Source: Mobula hypostoma (taxonomy: Eukaryota). From it: 64,000 nucleotides of DNA. Both the position numbers and the translations under genes were made by a program. The stretch is from contig NC_086108.1 of assembly GCF_963921235.1 (NCBI RefSeq), positions 20,584,001 to 20,648,000 on the forward strand, in the 5' to 3' direction. The notes beneath the pieces are model-generated. The model was not told where the DNA came from, did not search any database, and worked only from the letters and a program-made list of their open reading frames with translations. Of this stretch, positions 37,669 to 50,790 are shown in pieces. The first letter of the stretch is position 1. Each line of letters starts with the position of its first letter.

Positions 37669-39888
37669 TAACATAGAACATAGAACAGTACAGGACAGTA
37701 CAGTACAGGCCCTTTGGCCCACAATGTTGTGCCGACCCTTAAACCCTGCCTCCCATATAACCCACCACTGTAAATTCCTCCATATACCTGTCTAGTAGTC
37801 TCTTAAATTTCACTAGTGTATCTGCCTCCACCACTGACTCAGGCAGTGCATTTCATGCACCAACCACTCTCTGACTGAAAAAAACCTTCCTCTAATATCC
37901 CCCTTGAACTTCCCACCCCTTACCTTAAAGCCATATCCTCTTGTATTGAGCAGTGGTGCCCTGGGGAAGAGGCGCTGGCTGTCCACTCTGTCCATTACTC
38001 TTATTATCTTGTATACCTCTATCATGTCTCCTCTCATCCTCCTTCTCTCCAAAGGGTAAAGCCCTAGCTCCCTTAATCTCTGATCATAATGCATACTCTC
38101 TAAACCAGGCAGCATCCTGGTAAATCTCCTCTGTACCTTTTCCAATGCTTCCACATCTTCCTATAGTGACGCGACCGGAACTGGACACAGTATTTCAAGT
38201 GTGGCCTAACCAGAGTTTTATAGAGCTGCATCATTACCTCCTGACTCTTAAACTCTATCCCTTGACTTATGAAAGCTAACACCCCATAAGCTTTCTTATC
38301 TACCCTATCTACCTGTGAGGCAACTTTCAGGGATCTGTGGACATGTGCCCCCAGATCCCTCTGCTCCTCCACACTATCAAGTATCCTCCCATTTACTTTG
38401 TACTCTGCCTTGGAGTTTGTCCTTCCAAAGTGTATCACCTCACGCTTCTCCGGGTTGAACTCCATCTGCCACTTCTCAGCCCACTTCTGCATCCTATTAA
38501 TGTCTCTATGCAATGTTCAACAATCCGCTACATTATCCACAACACCACTAACCTTTGTGTCATCTGCAAACTTGCCAATCCACCCTTCTACCCCAACATT
38601 CAGGTCGTTAATAAAAATCACAAAAATTAGAGGTCTCAGAACCGAACCATGTGGGACACCACTAGTCACAACCCTCCAATCTGAATGTACTCCCTCCACC
38701 ACGGCCATCTGCCTTCTGCAGGCAAGCCAATTCTGAATCCTCCTGGCCAAACGTCCCTGGATCCCATGCCTTCTGACTTTCTGAATAAGCCTACTGTGTG
38801 GAACCTTGTCAAATGCCTTACTGAGATCCATACAGATCACATCCACTGCACTACCCTCATCTATATGCCTGGTCACCTCCTCAAAGAACTCTATCGGGTT
38901 TGTTAGACACGATCTGCCCTTCACAAAGCCATGCTGACTGTCCCTGATCAGATCATGATTCTCTAAATGTCTGTAGATCCTATCTCTAAGAATCTTTTCT
39001 AACAGCTTTCCCACTACAGACGTAAGGCTCACTGGTCTATAATTACCCCGACTATCCCTACTACCTTTTTTGAACAAGGGGACAACACTCGCCTCCCTCC
39101 AATCCTCCAGTACCATTCCCGTGGACAACGAGGACATAAAGATCCTAGCTAGAGGCTCAACAATCTCTTCCCTCGCCTCATGGAGCAGCCTGGGGAAATT
39201 TCTGTCAGGCCCCGGGGACTTATCCGTCCTAATGTATTTTAACAATTCCAACACCTCCTCTCCCTTAATATCAACATGAACCTCACTCATATTGTCCTCA
39301 CCGTCATCAAGTTCCCTCTCATTTGTGAATACCGAAGAGAAGTATTCATTGAAGACTTCGCTCACTTCCACAGCTCCAGGCATATCTTCCCACCTTTATC
39401 TCTAATCGGTCCTACCTTCACTCCTGTCATCCTCTTGTTCTTCACATAATTGAAGAATGCCTTGGGGTTTTCCTTTACCCTGTTCGCCAAGGCCTTCTCA
39501 TGCCCCCTTCTTGCTCTTCTCAGCCCCTTCTTAAGCTCCTTTCTTGCTTCCCTATATTCCTCAATAGACCCATCTGATCCTTGCTTCCTAAACCTCATGT
39601 ATGCTGCCTTCTTCAACCTGACTAGATCTTCCACCTCACTTGTCACCCATGGTCCTTCACCCTACCATTCTTTATCTTCCTCACTGGGACAAATTTATCC
39701 TTAACATCCTACAAGAGATCTCTAAACATCGACCACACGTCCATAGTACATTTCCCTGCGAAAACATCATCCTAATTCACACCCGCAAGTTCTAGCCTTA
39801 TAGCCTCATAATTTGCCCTTCCCCAATTAAAAAATTTCCTGTCCTCTCTGATTCTGTCCTTTTCCATGATAATGCTGAAGGCCAGGAG
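37669..39888 (-). mobile_element. CR1 LINE ORF2 (RT and 3' end)
   Basis: ORFs 38517..39383, 38100..38513, 37813..38154; (ttctatg)n tail. Confidence 0.93.
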
Positions 39889-40525
39889 TATAGCCTCATG
39901 ATCTCCTAACCACATACTTAAACCTTTTCCTGTAGTCCCTATTATAATATCTTTTCTTTTAATTACGCATGATCCACTTCTAGGATAAATATTCTGCTAA
40001 AACTAACAGACATCTGCTTTGAATTGTGTCAATAGTCAAATGGCCTACTTGCTTTTCAACAGGTGCAGATGTCAAAGGTCTGTGTCAGTAACTGTTCACT
40101 GAGTGATCATAATCCTAGTTGACACAACAATGCCACCTGGAAATTAAATTGACCTTTATTTCCTGATACATTTCTCTACCCCCTAACATAAAGCGTATTC
40201 ATTATAACGTAAAGAACCTTGTTAATCAAGGATACTTAATCCAACAAGTTAACACACCAGAGTGGCTTTTGATAAAACCCTTGAAGCTCAGCAGTTTGAA
40301 GCTGTGATGAAATTACCAACCCAAATGCAAAAAGTAGTGTGTGGTAGAGTTTATCACATTAAAATCATTAGTTGACTTTCTAATAGTCAGTTCTGGAAAC
40401 AAATCACACAATCCACTTGGAAAACCAAAGCTTAAGTCACAATGCTTTCATTGCACAGTGCTGGGTGAGGAGTTGGGGAAGGGGGAGAGAATTGATTCCA
40501 CTAAATTACAATAGATTGGAACTAA

Positions 40526-41920
40526 TCAGGTGCTAATCAATATTAGGGAAGTTAAAGTCACCCATGATAACAACCCTGTTATTTTTGGACCTTTCCAAAA
40601 TCTGCCTCCCAATCTGCTCCCCTGTATCTCTGCTGCTACCAGGGGGCCTATAGAATACCCCCAATAGAGTAACTGCTCCCTTCCTGTTCCTGACTTCCAC
40701 CCATACTGACTCAAAAGAGGATCCTGCTACATTACCCACCCTTTCTGTAGCTGTAGTAGTATCCCTGACCAGTAAGGCCACCCCTCCTCCCCTCCCCCCC
40801 CCATCCCTTTTAAAGCACTGAAATCCAGGAATATTGAGAATCCATTCCTGCCCTGGTGCCAGCCAAGTCTCTGTAATGGCCACTACATCATAATTCCATG
40901 TATGTATCCAAGCTCTCAGTTCATCACCTTTGTTCCTGATGCTTCTTGCATTGAGGTACACACATTTCAGCCCTTCTACCTTACTGTCTTTACACCGTTT
41001 ATTCTGCTTTCCTCAAAGCCTCTCTATATGTTAGATCTGGCTTTACTCCATGCACTTCTTTCACTGCTCCATCATTCTGGGTCCCATCCCCCTCGCAAAT
41101 TAGTTTAAACCCTCCCAAACCATGCTAGCAAACCTACCTGCAAGGATATTGCTCCCCCTCGAGTTCAGGTGCAACCCATCCAATCTGTACAGGTCCCACC
41201 TTCCCCAGAAAAGATCCCAATGATCTAAAAATTTAAAACCCTGCTCCCTGCACCAACTCCTCAGCCACACATTCAACTGCCATCTCCTCCAATTCTTACC
41301 ATCTCTGTCACGTAGCACTGGCAGCAATCCTGAGAACGTCACCCTTGAGGTCCTGTTCTTCAGCCTTCTGCCTAATTCCCGAAACTCACACTTCAGGACC
41401 TCATCCCTTTTCCTGCCTATGTCGTTGGTCCCAACCTGTATCACGACTTCTGGTTGCTTTCCCTCTTGTATCAGGATGTCGTGCACCCGGTCAGAGACAT
41501 CCCGAACCCTGGCACCCGGGAGGCAACAAACCATGCGGGTGTCCTTCTCACACCCATAAATTATCCTGACTGCTCCCCTGACTATAGTCTCCAATGACAA
41601 CAGCTCTCCTCTTCTCTGTCCCACCCTTCTGCACCACCGGCTCAGACTCAGTGCCGGAGGCCCTGCCACCGTGGCTCACCCCTGGTCAGTTGTCCCTGCC
41701 AACAGTATCCAGGACGGTAAACTTATTATTCAGGGGAATGGCTACAGGGGTGCTCTGCACTACCTGTCTGCTCACCTTCGCTTTCCCCTCTCTGACTGTC
41801 ACCCAACAACCTGCTTCTGACAACCTAGGTGTGACTACCTCCCTGTCGCTCTCATCATTCTCCCTTATGAGTCGAAGGTCATCCAGCTGCTGCTCCAGAT
41901 TCCTTACATGGTCTTCCAGA
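40526..41920 (-). mobile_element. CR1 LINE 5' part: ORF1 esterase and endonuclease
   Basis: VGTNDIG and DGLHLN (SGNH esterase); YLNARS, ITETW, YRPP, GDFN. Confidence 0.92.
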
Positions 41921-42692
41921 TGTCATGTCAGAATGGGAATGGGAAGTGGAATTAAAATGAGTGGCCACTGGGAGATCCGACTTTTTCTGGCAGATGGAGC
42001 ATAGGTGCTCAGTAAACCCGTCTCCCAATCTACATCGGGCCTCACTGATATACAGGATCCCACACCGGGAGCATCAGGTACAGTGGATGACCCCCAACAG
42101 ATTCACAGATGAAGTGTCACCTCTCCTCTAAGGACAGTTTGGAGCCCTGAATCGTAGTGAGGGAGGAGATGTTGGGGCAGATGTAGTACTTGTTCTGCTT
42201 GTAAGGGTAAGTGCCAGGAGGGAGATATGTGGGGAGGGACAAATGGACAAGGTAATCACGTAGTGAGCGATCCCTGCAGAAAGCAGAAAGTGAGAGGGAC
42301 GGAAAGATGTGCTTGGTGGTGGGATCCCATTGGAGATGGTGGAAGTTATGGAGAATTATGTGCTGGACGCGGAGGCTAGTAGGGTGATCGGTGAGGACAG
42401 GAGAATGGAATGAGGGCAGACGTACGAAAAATGGAAGAGAGGTAGGTGAGTGCGCAAAACAGGAGAGATGCAGGTGAGTGTACAAAATAGAAGAGGTGCG
42501 GGTGAGCATCTCACCCGCAACTCTTCTATTTCGCGCATGTCTGCCCTCACCCCATCCTCTCTCCACCCCACCAGAGAAAGGGTTCCTCTTGTACTCACCT
42601 ACCACTCACCAACCTCCTTGCAGGTGGAACAAATGCTACACCTCTTCTGTCACTACTATTCAGGGCCCCAAACAGTCCTTTCAGGTGAGGTG
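41921..42692 (-). mobile_element. PLE internal fragment with fold-back inversion
   Basis: GIY-YIG-region remnants; RVPLVLTYH on the plus strand; hairpin at 42485-42531. Confidence 0.8.
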
Positions 42693-42759
42693 AGGTGCTG
42701 GGGTCACAGCTTACGTGGGTCAAAAATGAGGTCCCTATAAATGTGGAGCAGAGTATATC

Positions 42760-43195
42760 AGCCAGAAGGATGCAGGGTGGAAATGCGAATCAAGGAGCAC
42801 AGGAGATGTATTCTTTTGGGTACCTGGAGAAATCGGCAGTAGCAGAACATTGCATTCTCAATGGCCATAGGATTGACTTCGACGGCACAAAACGACTGTG
42901 CTTTTGGGACAGGACAGCCTGGTAAAGGAAGCCATTGAAATAAAACTATAGAGGATAAGAATTTTAAAAAAGACAAAGGTCTCACTCTAAGCAAGAAGTG
43001 GAATTCAATTATAAACAAGGTGGGCGAGCGGAAACCTGATTGGATGAGGACTAACCAATTAGGAGAGATAGAGCACAGGGGTATAAATACCACCATACTA
43101 GACTTGCCCACATATTATCCCTGAAAAACGGCAGAGTTTGTCATCGTAACGTAGATTATAATCAACACTTACACCCAGCCTGAAGCCCGAGAAGT
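42760..43195 (+). mobile_element. Second PLE family, 3' end
   Basis: EKSAVAEHCILNGHRIDF and KEAIEIK (GIY-YIG C-terminus); decayed cctga...cgtaacgt motif at ~43120-43152. Confidence 0.75.
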
Positions 43196-43199
43196 CAGA

Positions 43200-44770
43200 G
43201 GAATATCGGGCATGGATTGGGATATTGAACTGGGGCATTATTGAACTGGAAGCTCAATGTTCCAAGGTACACATGCAGCAGGCATGATAGTGTGGAGTTA
43301 AGACATGAGGGGGAAGTTGAGTTTTTGATGAGGAAGAACATGCCAGCAGTACTTGGTGATGATACTTGGGGGTGGGGGGGGGATCATCCAATTAGATAAC
43401 GTGGCTTGAATTTGGGAATAAGAAAGGGTGATCACTTTGATAGAATTGTACTATAGGCCCCTTAATACTCTGCGGGGGTTAGAGGAGCAAATATCTTGAT
43501 GTATCACAGACATCTCAGGAATAATAGGGTTGTAATCCTAGGTGATTACAACTTCCATCATAATAAATGTGATTGCCATTGCACAAAGGGCTCCAATGGG
43601 GTGGAATATGTTAAGTGCATCTGGGACATTTTCTCAAGCAATATGCAGATAATTTTACACGAGAGGGTACAACATTAGATTTCCTACTGGGCAAGGAAGC
43701 AGGACAAGTGTCTGAAGCATCAGTGGGAGAGCACAATAGGTCTAGAGACTTTAAGTCTATTAATTATAAAATAATTTTGATAAAAGATAGTACTGGCTCA
43801 CAGATTATAATCTTAAATTGAGCAAGACAAAATATGAAGACATTATTTATTTATTTTATTTAGAGATAGAGCACGGAATAGGCCCTTTCAGCCACACCAC
43901 CCCCCCAGCAACCTCAAACAACCCCACTTTAACCCTAGCCTAATCATGGGACAATTTACAATGACCAATCAACTTGTCCAGTATATCTTTGGAATGTGGG
44001 AGGAAACCCGAGGACCTGGAGAAAATCCAAGCATTCTACCTTACAGGGGATGCTAGGATTGAACTCTGGACTCCGGTGCACCATGCTGTAATAGTGTTGC
44101 ACTAATTGCTATGCTACTGCGGCATCCATTAGATAGAAACTTCCAAATGTTGACTGAACGAGTTTGTTTGCAGGAAAAGAGTCATCCGACAAGTGGGCTG
44201 TTTTTAAAAGTGACACAGGGTGATTTCAGGAAAACCATATTCCTGCTAGAGTTAAAGGCAAGGCTGGCAGAATGATGGAACTTTGCCTGGCAAGGGATAT
44301 TGAGGCACTGGTCAGAAAAAAGGAAGCATATATTCAGGCATAGGAGCGGAGATTAAACAAATCCCTTAAGGATTATAAGGGATGTAGATGTACACTTAGG
44401 AGAGGAATAAGGAGGGCAAAAAAAGACATGAGATAGCACTGACACATAAGACAAAGGAGAATCCTAAGATATTAAGAGCGAAATGGTGACTAGGGAGAAA
44501 ATAGGTGCACTTAAGGAACAATGCAGTCATCTATGGAGTCATAGGAGATAGATAAAACATTGAATAAATATTGCACACCAAGTTTACTATGTAATGGAAG
44601 GTAAGGAATTAAAAGGAAATGAATAATGATGTATTGGAACATATCCACATTACAAAAGGAGGAGATGGCAGTCTTATGGCATATTAGGGTGAATAAATTG
44701 CCCAGGCTTGATCAAGTGTATCCTAAGATATTGTGCAAAACAAAGGAAAACATTACAGGTGCTCTAGCAG
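43200..44770 (+). mobile_element. Old CR1 endonuclease region with SINE insertion (43845-44125)
   Basis: VILGDYN, TREGTTLDFLL; SINE core tgtgggaggaaacc. Confidence 0.7.
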
Positions 44771-45451
44771 TAACATGTTAGCCACCCTAATTCACTCACC
44801 ACTCAACAATACATGGGGTAATTCAAAATAGCCAATTATCCTATCAGCACATTTCTGTAATGTACAATGAAACTGGAAGACCCAGGGAAAATTCATACTA
44901 TCAAACGGAGAATATGCAAACTCAACTTTCTCAGCTCCAGAGGTCAGAATTGAACCCGGACTGCCAAACCTGAGGTGATAGCTCGACTTGTTGAGTCACT
45001 GTGCATCCCATTGTTACTAGTATAAATATTTTGGAGGGGGTAAACTATTAAATCCTGTGTCATAGAATTACCAAGTTTGTTTCTGCTCTTGTAGCCATAG
45101 TATTTAAGTGGTTGGTCTCATTCAATTTTTTGGTTCATGGTAACCTACAGACAGATGAAGATTCAGTGATGGCAGTGCCATTGAAAATGATGGCAAGACT
45201 GCAGGTTAGTGGAAAAAGAAACAGAAGTAACATTTCCGGTATAAATCCCTTCTTCAAACAGAAACGTTAACTCCCTGTTTCTCTTTCAACCAATGTTGCC
45301 TGATCAACTGAGGGCTTCCAGCATTTTTTTTACTTTTTTTCAGATTTTGAGCACTTGGATTTTTAAAAATTTCCATTGGTAAGCCATTTATTGGGGAGGG
45401 AGTACACTTTGATAACAATGTCAGCAAAACATCAGCGACAGATTCACACAC

Positions 45452-45603
45452 CTAGTGATATTCCACTGGAAATTGTGGAACTTTCTGCCTGGACTCTTGA
45501 AGGAGTGTAGTTTTCCATTACGCTGTCATCCAGCAAGTGCCGGGGTCTTCCATTGGGAAATGTAGCACTTTTAAACTCAGCTGTATTCATCTTGTGTATA
45601 AAG
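45452..45603 (-). CDS. RALGPS2: RALGPS2 internal coding exon (152 nt, phase 2/1)
   Basis: Acceptor TTTTTCCCACAG, donor GTGTGT. Encodes FIHKMNTAEFKSATFPNGRPRHLLDDSVMENYTPSRVQAESSTISSGISL(G). Confidence 0.95.
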
Positions 45604-46635
45604 CTGTGGGAAAAAGACTATTAATATGGCTCAAATTAACATTCTAAGAATATTGTACTGTTAACATACTGTACAAGACTAAATTAACAATTTACTTATT
45701 TTTCACCTCAAAGAAATTTAACATCCCCAAAGATCTCAAAAGATATTTAGAAAAAGGAGACATGCGTGTATACAAATTAGAGTCAAAAATAATTGGCATC
45801 AGTATCTCAGTGAAAGGTTTCACAATTATCATACGTGACTATATTTTTATCTAAACTATAACTCAAAACTTTATATTTTTAACTGCACATGAATGCTCTA
45901 CCAAAACTTCAGAAAGATAAAATGAATGCTTAAAAGTTTTTTTTCTGAACTTTAAGCAATAAGTACATAAAACAATCCATGTCAATCCAAAACAAAAAAA
46001 AAACTGAAAAGCAACGTCATAACTGCTTTGAGCAGCACCCAATCAGAGAGATTGGAAGCCTGAGAAGATATAAATCACTCAGGTTTGCTGATTGAGTAGA
46101 AAAGGCAGTAACTCATGGCAGTTTGGAACTTTGAGCAGCACTCAATCAGCATTTGGGATTGATTGGCAAGAACAAATTAAAGCAGGAGCAAGTGAAAAAG
46201 TCATTGTCAGAGTGTCCATCGTTGGAGTGGACAGAATTTGAATAGGGATTTTGAGGCTTCAGCAAGAAGAGGCTTCAGTGAGAGAAGGCAAAAAAGATGG
46301 AGTTAGAGATTCCCGCCCCCAACAGTTTATTGTTTTTTCTTCTTTATAGACAGGACTGGCAGCTCACTATTCCAGGATTCAGGTTCAGTTGTTCTACACA
46401 CAACAGAGCAGGAGGGATTAAAGGAGGAGGGGTGGTGTTACTAGTCAGGGAAAATGCCATGGAAGTGCTCTGTCAGGACAGACTGGAGAACTCGTCTGGG
46501 TGGAATTGAGAAATAAGAGGTATGACCAGGTTAAAGGGGCTATATTACAGACCACTCAAACGTCCGAGGTATTTAAAGAACCAAATTTGCAGAAAGATCA
46601 CAGACTGTTGCAAGAAACATGAGACTGTTATAGCA

Positions 46636-47386
46636 ACATACATCAAAGTTGCTGGTGAACGCAGCAGGCCAAGCAGCATCTATAGGAAGAGGCACAGTCG
46701 ACGTTTCAGGCCGAGACCCTTCGTCAGGACTAACTGAAGGAAGAGTGAGTAAGGGATTTGAAAGCTGGAGGGGGAGGGGGAGATGCAAAATGATAGGAGA
46801 AGACAGGAGGGGGAGGGATAGAGCCGAGAGCTGGACAGGTGATAGGCAAAAGGGGATACGAGAGGATCATGGGACAGGAGGTCCGGGAAGAAAGACGGGG
46901 GGGGGGGAGTGACCCAGAGGATGGGCAAGAGGTATATTCAGAGGGACAGAGGGAGAAAAAGGAGAGTGAGAGAAAGAATGTGTGCATAAAAATGAGTAAC
47001 AGATGGGGTACGAGGGGGAGGTGGGGCCTTAGCGGAAGTTAGAGAAGTCAATGTTCATGCCATCAGGTTGGAGGCTACCCAGACGGAATATAAGGTGTTG
47101 TTCCTCCAACCTGAGTGTGGCTTCATCTTTACAGTAGAGGAGGCCGTGGATAGACATGTCAGAATGGGAATGGGATGTGGAATTAAAATGTGTGGCCACT
47201 GGGAGATCCTGCTTTCTCTGGCGGACAAAGCGTAGATGTTCAGCAAAGCGGTCTCCCAGTCTGCGTCGGGTCTCACCAATATATAAAAGGCCACATCGGG
47301 AGCACCGGACGCAGTATATCACCCCAGTCGACTCACAGGTGAAGTGATGCCTCACCTGGAAGGACTGTTTGGGGCCCTGAATGGTG
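46636..47386 (-). mobile_element. Young 5'-truncated PLE (Neptune-like GIY-YIG)
   Basis: Open GIY-YIG frame GVIYCVRCSRCGLLYIGET...RFAEH...GMN; 9-bp TSD GTTATAGCA (46627-35, 47387-95). Confidence 0.93.
46695..46732 (-). ncRNA. Minimal type-I hammerhead ribozyme motif (intact core)
   Basis: UAGUC-CUGACGA-AGGGUCUCGGCCU-GAAA-CG-UC/GACUG, ~300 nt downstream of the GIY-YIG stop. Confidence 0.75.
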
Positions 47387-50059
47387 GTTATAGCAGGTGA
47401 TTTTAACTTTCCAGTGTTGACTGGGACTCCAATACTGTAAAAGGACTTCATTGGATAGAGTTTGTCAAATGTGTTCAGGAAAGTTTTCCTAATCAGCACG
47501 TCAAAGTCCCAACAAGAGAATTTGTGATACTTGACCTGCTATTAGGCAATGAGACAGGGCAGCTGACATAAATTTTTGCAGGGGAACACTGCATCTAGTG
47601 ATCACAATGTCATTAGTTTCAAAGTAAGTATGGAAAAAGATAGGTCTAGTCCATGGGTTGAGATTCTAAATTGCAGAAAAGCCAATTTTGATGGTATCAG
47701 AAAGGATCTGGCAAGTGTGGATGGGACAGGCTATTTTCTGTCAAAATGTACTTGTAAAGTGGGGGGCCTTCAAAAATGAAATTTTGAGAGTACAAAGCTT
47801 GTATGTACTGTCAGAATAAAATGTAAAGAAAACAGGTGTGGGGAACCTTGGTTTTCAGGAGATATTGAGGCCCTGGTTAAAAAAAAATGGAGGTGCATAG
47901 CAGGTCGGAACAAATTGGGTTCTTATGGAGTATAAAAAGTACAAGAGAATATTTAAGAAATAAATCAGGAGAACTAAAAGAAGGCATGAGGTTGCCCTAG
48001 CAGACAAAGTGAAGGAGAATCCTAAGGGAATCTACAGATATGTTAAGAGCAAAAGGATTGCAAAGGACAAAATTGGTCCTCTGGAAGATCAGAATGGTAA
48101 TCCATGTATGGAGTCAAAAGAGACAGGAAAGATTTTAAATTTTCTTTTGCATCTGTATTTACTCAGGAGATGGACACAGTCTATAGAGTGATGCAAAGCA
48201 GCATCAACTTTATACAGATTACAAACTTTATACAGATTACAGAGGAGGAGGTGTTTGCTATCCTGAAGCAAGTTAGAATGAATAAATCCCCAGGGCCTGA
48301 GAAGGTGTTCCCAGACATTCCCTCAGACCCTGTTGGGGTTAAGTGCAGAAATTGCCGGGGCCATAGCAGACATATTTAAATCATCCCTAGCGACAGGTGA
48401 GGTACCAGAGGATTGGAGGACAGCCAATGTTGTTCAGCTGTTCAAGAAAGGCTCCAAATATAAACCAGGAAATTATAGACCAGTGAGTCTGACATCAGTA
48501 GTGGAAAAGTTACTGGAAGGTATTTGGATAGACAAGGACTGATTAAGGATAGTCAACATGGCTTTGTGCGTGGTAGATCATGTCCAACCAATCTCAGAAA
48601 TTTTAATGACTAAGTTACCAGGAAAGTTGATGAAGGCAAGGCAGTGGATGTTGTCTACATGGACTTTAGTAAGGCATCTGACAAGGTTCCACATGGGAGG
48701 TTGGTTAAGAAGGTTCAGTCACTTGGCATTCAAGATGAGGTAGTAAATTGGATTAGACACTGGCTTTGTGGGAGAAGCCAGAAAGTGGTTGCCTTTCTGA
48801 CTGGAGGCCTGTGACTGCTGGAGTGCCGCAGGGATCGGTGCTGGGTCTGTTGTTATTTGTCATCTATATCAATGATCTGGATGATCACGTGGTTAACTGG
48901 ATCAGCAAATTTGTGGATGCTACCAAGATTGGCAGTGTAGTGGACAGCAAGGAAGACTATCATTGCTTGCAGTGGGCTCTGGACCAGTTGGAAAAATGGT
49001 CTGAAAAATGGCAGATGGAACTTGAAACAGACAAGCTCAAAGTGTTGCACTTTGGAAGTGAACCATCGGGTACTGAGGAGTGTGCAAGAACAAAGGAATT
49101 TTTGAATATAGGAGTATAATTTGTTGTAAGCAGTATCAGAGTTAGAAAGCTTTTGGCATGCTGTTCTTTATAAATCAAAGCACTGAGTACAGGAGATGGG
49201 ATGTTATGTTGAAGTCGTATAAGACATTGGTGAGGCCTAATTTCAAATACTGTGCGCAGTTTTGGTCAGCAACCTATGGGGAAAGATGTAAATAAGGTCG
49301 AAAGAGTACAGAGAAAATTTACAAGGATGTTGCCGGGTCTGGAGGACTTGAATTGTAAGGAAAGGTTGAATAGGTTAGGACTTTATTCCTTGGAACATAT
49401 AAGATTGAGAGGAGATTTGATAGAGGTATACAAAATTATGAGGGGTATAGACAGGGTAAATGCAAGCAGGCATTTTCCACAGAGGTTGGGTGGGATTACA
49501 ACCAGAGGTCAAGGGTTAAGGGTGAAAAGTGAAATGTTTAAGGGGAACATGAGTAGAAACTTCTTCACTCAGAGCATCCAGAGAGTATGGATTAAGCTGC
49601 CAGCACAAGTGGTACATGCAAGCTCAATTTCAATCTTTAGAAGAAGTTTGGGTAGGTACATGGAATGTAGAGGTCCTGGTGCAGGTCAATGGGAGTAGGC
49701 AGTTTAAATGGTTCAGCATAGACTAGATGGAAAGAAAAGCCTGTTTCTGGGCTGTACTTTTCTATGACTCTCTAACCTGAACCAATAAGTTGCTAGGAAG
49801 CTTATTTCATTGGAAGCAGTTCTAATCAGTTCTTACTTTTAGAAAACTTGCAGTTATAACTTGATCTTTAAGTCTGGGTAAATGTGTGGTATACTGGTGT
49901 TTGAGTTGCAGCTTGAGTAGAGTTGAGTTCACAAAGTTGGCATATATGTAGAGAACCTAAACTTGGAGATGGCGTTTGTGATTATTCGATTGGTTTTAAG
50001 TATGAGAACAAAGCAGAAAAATGAAAAACTTCCCTGAATGAATAGGAATAGAATAATAG

Positions 50060-50790
50060 GTTGCAACAACAAACTTGCACTCATTGACAGTAAGACAAGG
50101 AAATAATTGCGAACTTCAGGAAGGGGTGGTCAGGTGAACTCACACTAGTCCTCATTGAGGAGTCAGCAGTGGGAAGTGAACAGCGTCAAGTTCCCATGCT
50201 TTAACATCTCAAGGGCATTTATTCTGGGCTCAACACATTGATGTAATCATGAAAAAGACATTGCAGTAACCCTACTTCAATAAGAGTTTGTGGAGATTTG
50301 GTATGTCAGCAAAGACATTTGTAAATTTCTACAGATGTACGGTGGAGAGCATTCTAACTTGTTGCATCACAGTCTGGTATGCAGGCTCCAAAGCACAGGA
50401 TCACTTAAGTTTGCAGAGGGTTATAGATCCAGCTTGTTCCATCCTGGGCACAATCCTCCCTGCCATTGAAGACATGTTTAAGAAGTAGTGCCTCAAGAAG
50501 GTGGTATCCATCATTAAAGACCATCACACTGCAGGACATGTCCTTTTTGCATTACCACTGTAGAGAAGGAGGTACAGGAGCCTGAAGACCAACGCTCAAT
50601 ATTTTAGGAACATCTTCTATCTCTTTACTATCAGATTTCTGAATGGTCCATGAATCCATTAACATACCTCATTAATTATCTTTTGCAGTATTTATTTTTG
50701 TAATGTATGGTACTTTTTATGTCCTTCACTGTACTGCTGCCACAAAACAACAAATATCGTGACATATATCAGTGAGTATAAACCTGATTC
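50060..50790 (+). mobile_element. Degraded Rex1-like 3' fragment
   Basis: FYRCTVESILTCCITVWY. Confidence 0.8.

Larger units (their letters stand above)
46350..49775 (+). mobile_element. Degraded CR1 ORF2, interrupted by a PLE
   Basis: [26 protein letters not shown]1 3' end. Confidence 0.88.

Noticed and set aside
45215..45335. Short imperfect inverted repeat with a gaaacgtt motif
   Set aside because: Resembles decayed PLE-terminus sequence; the hammerhead core is not recoverable.
48204..48240. 18-bp tandem duplication (a similar short one at ~62920-62955)
   Set aside because: Ordinary slippage duplications; two units only, not an array.
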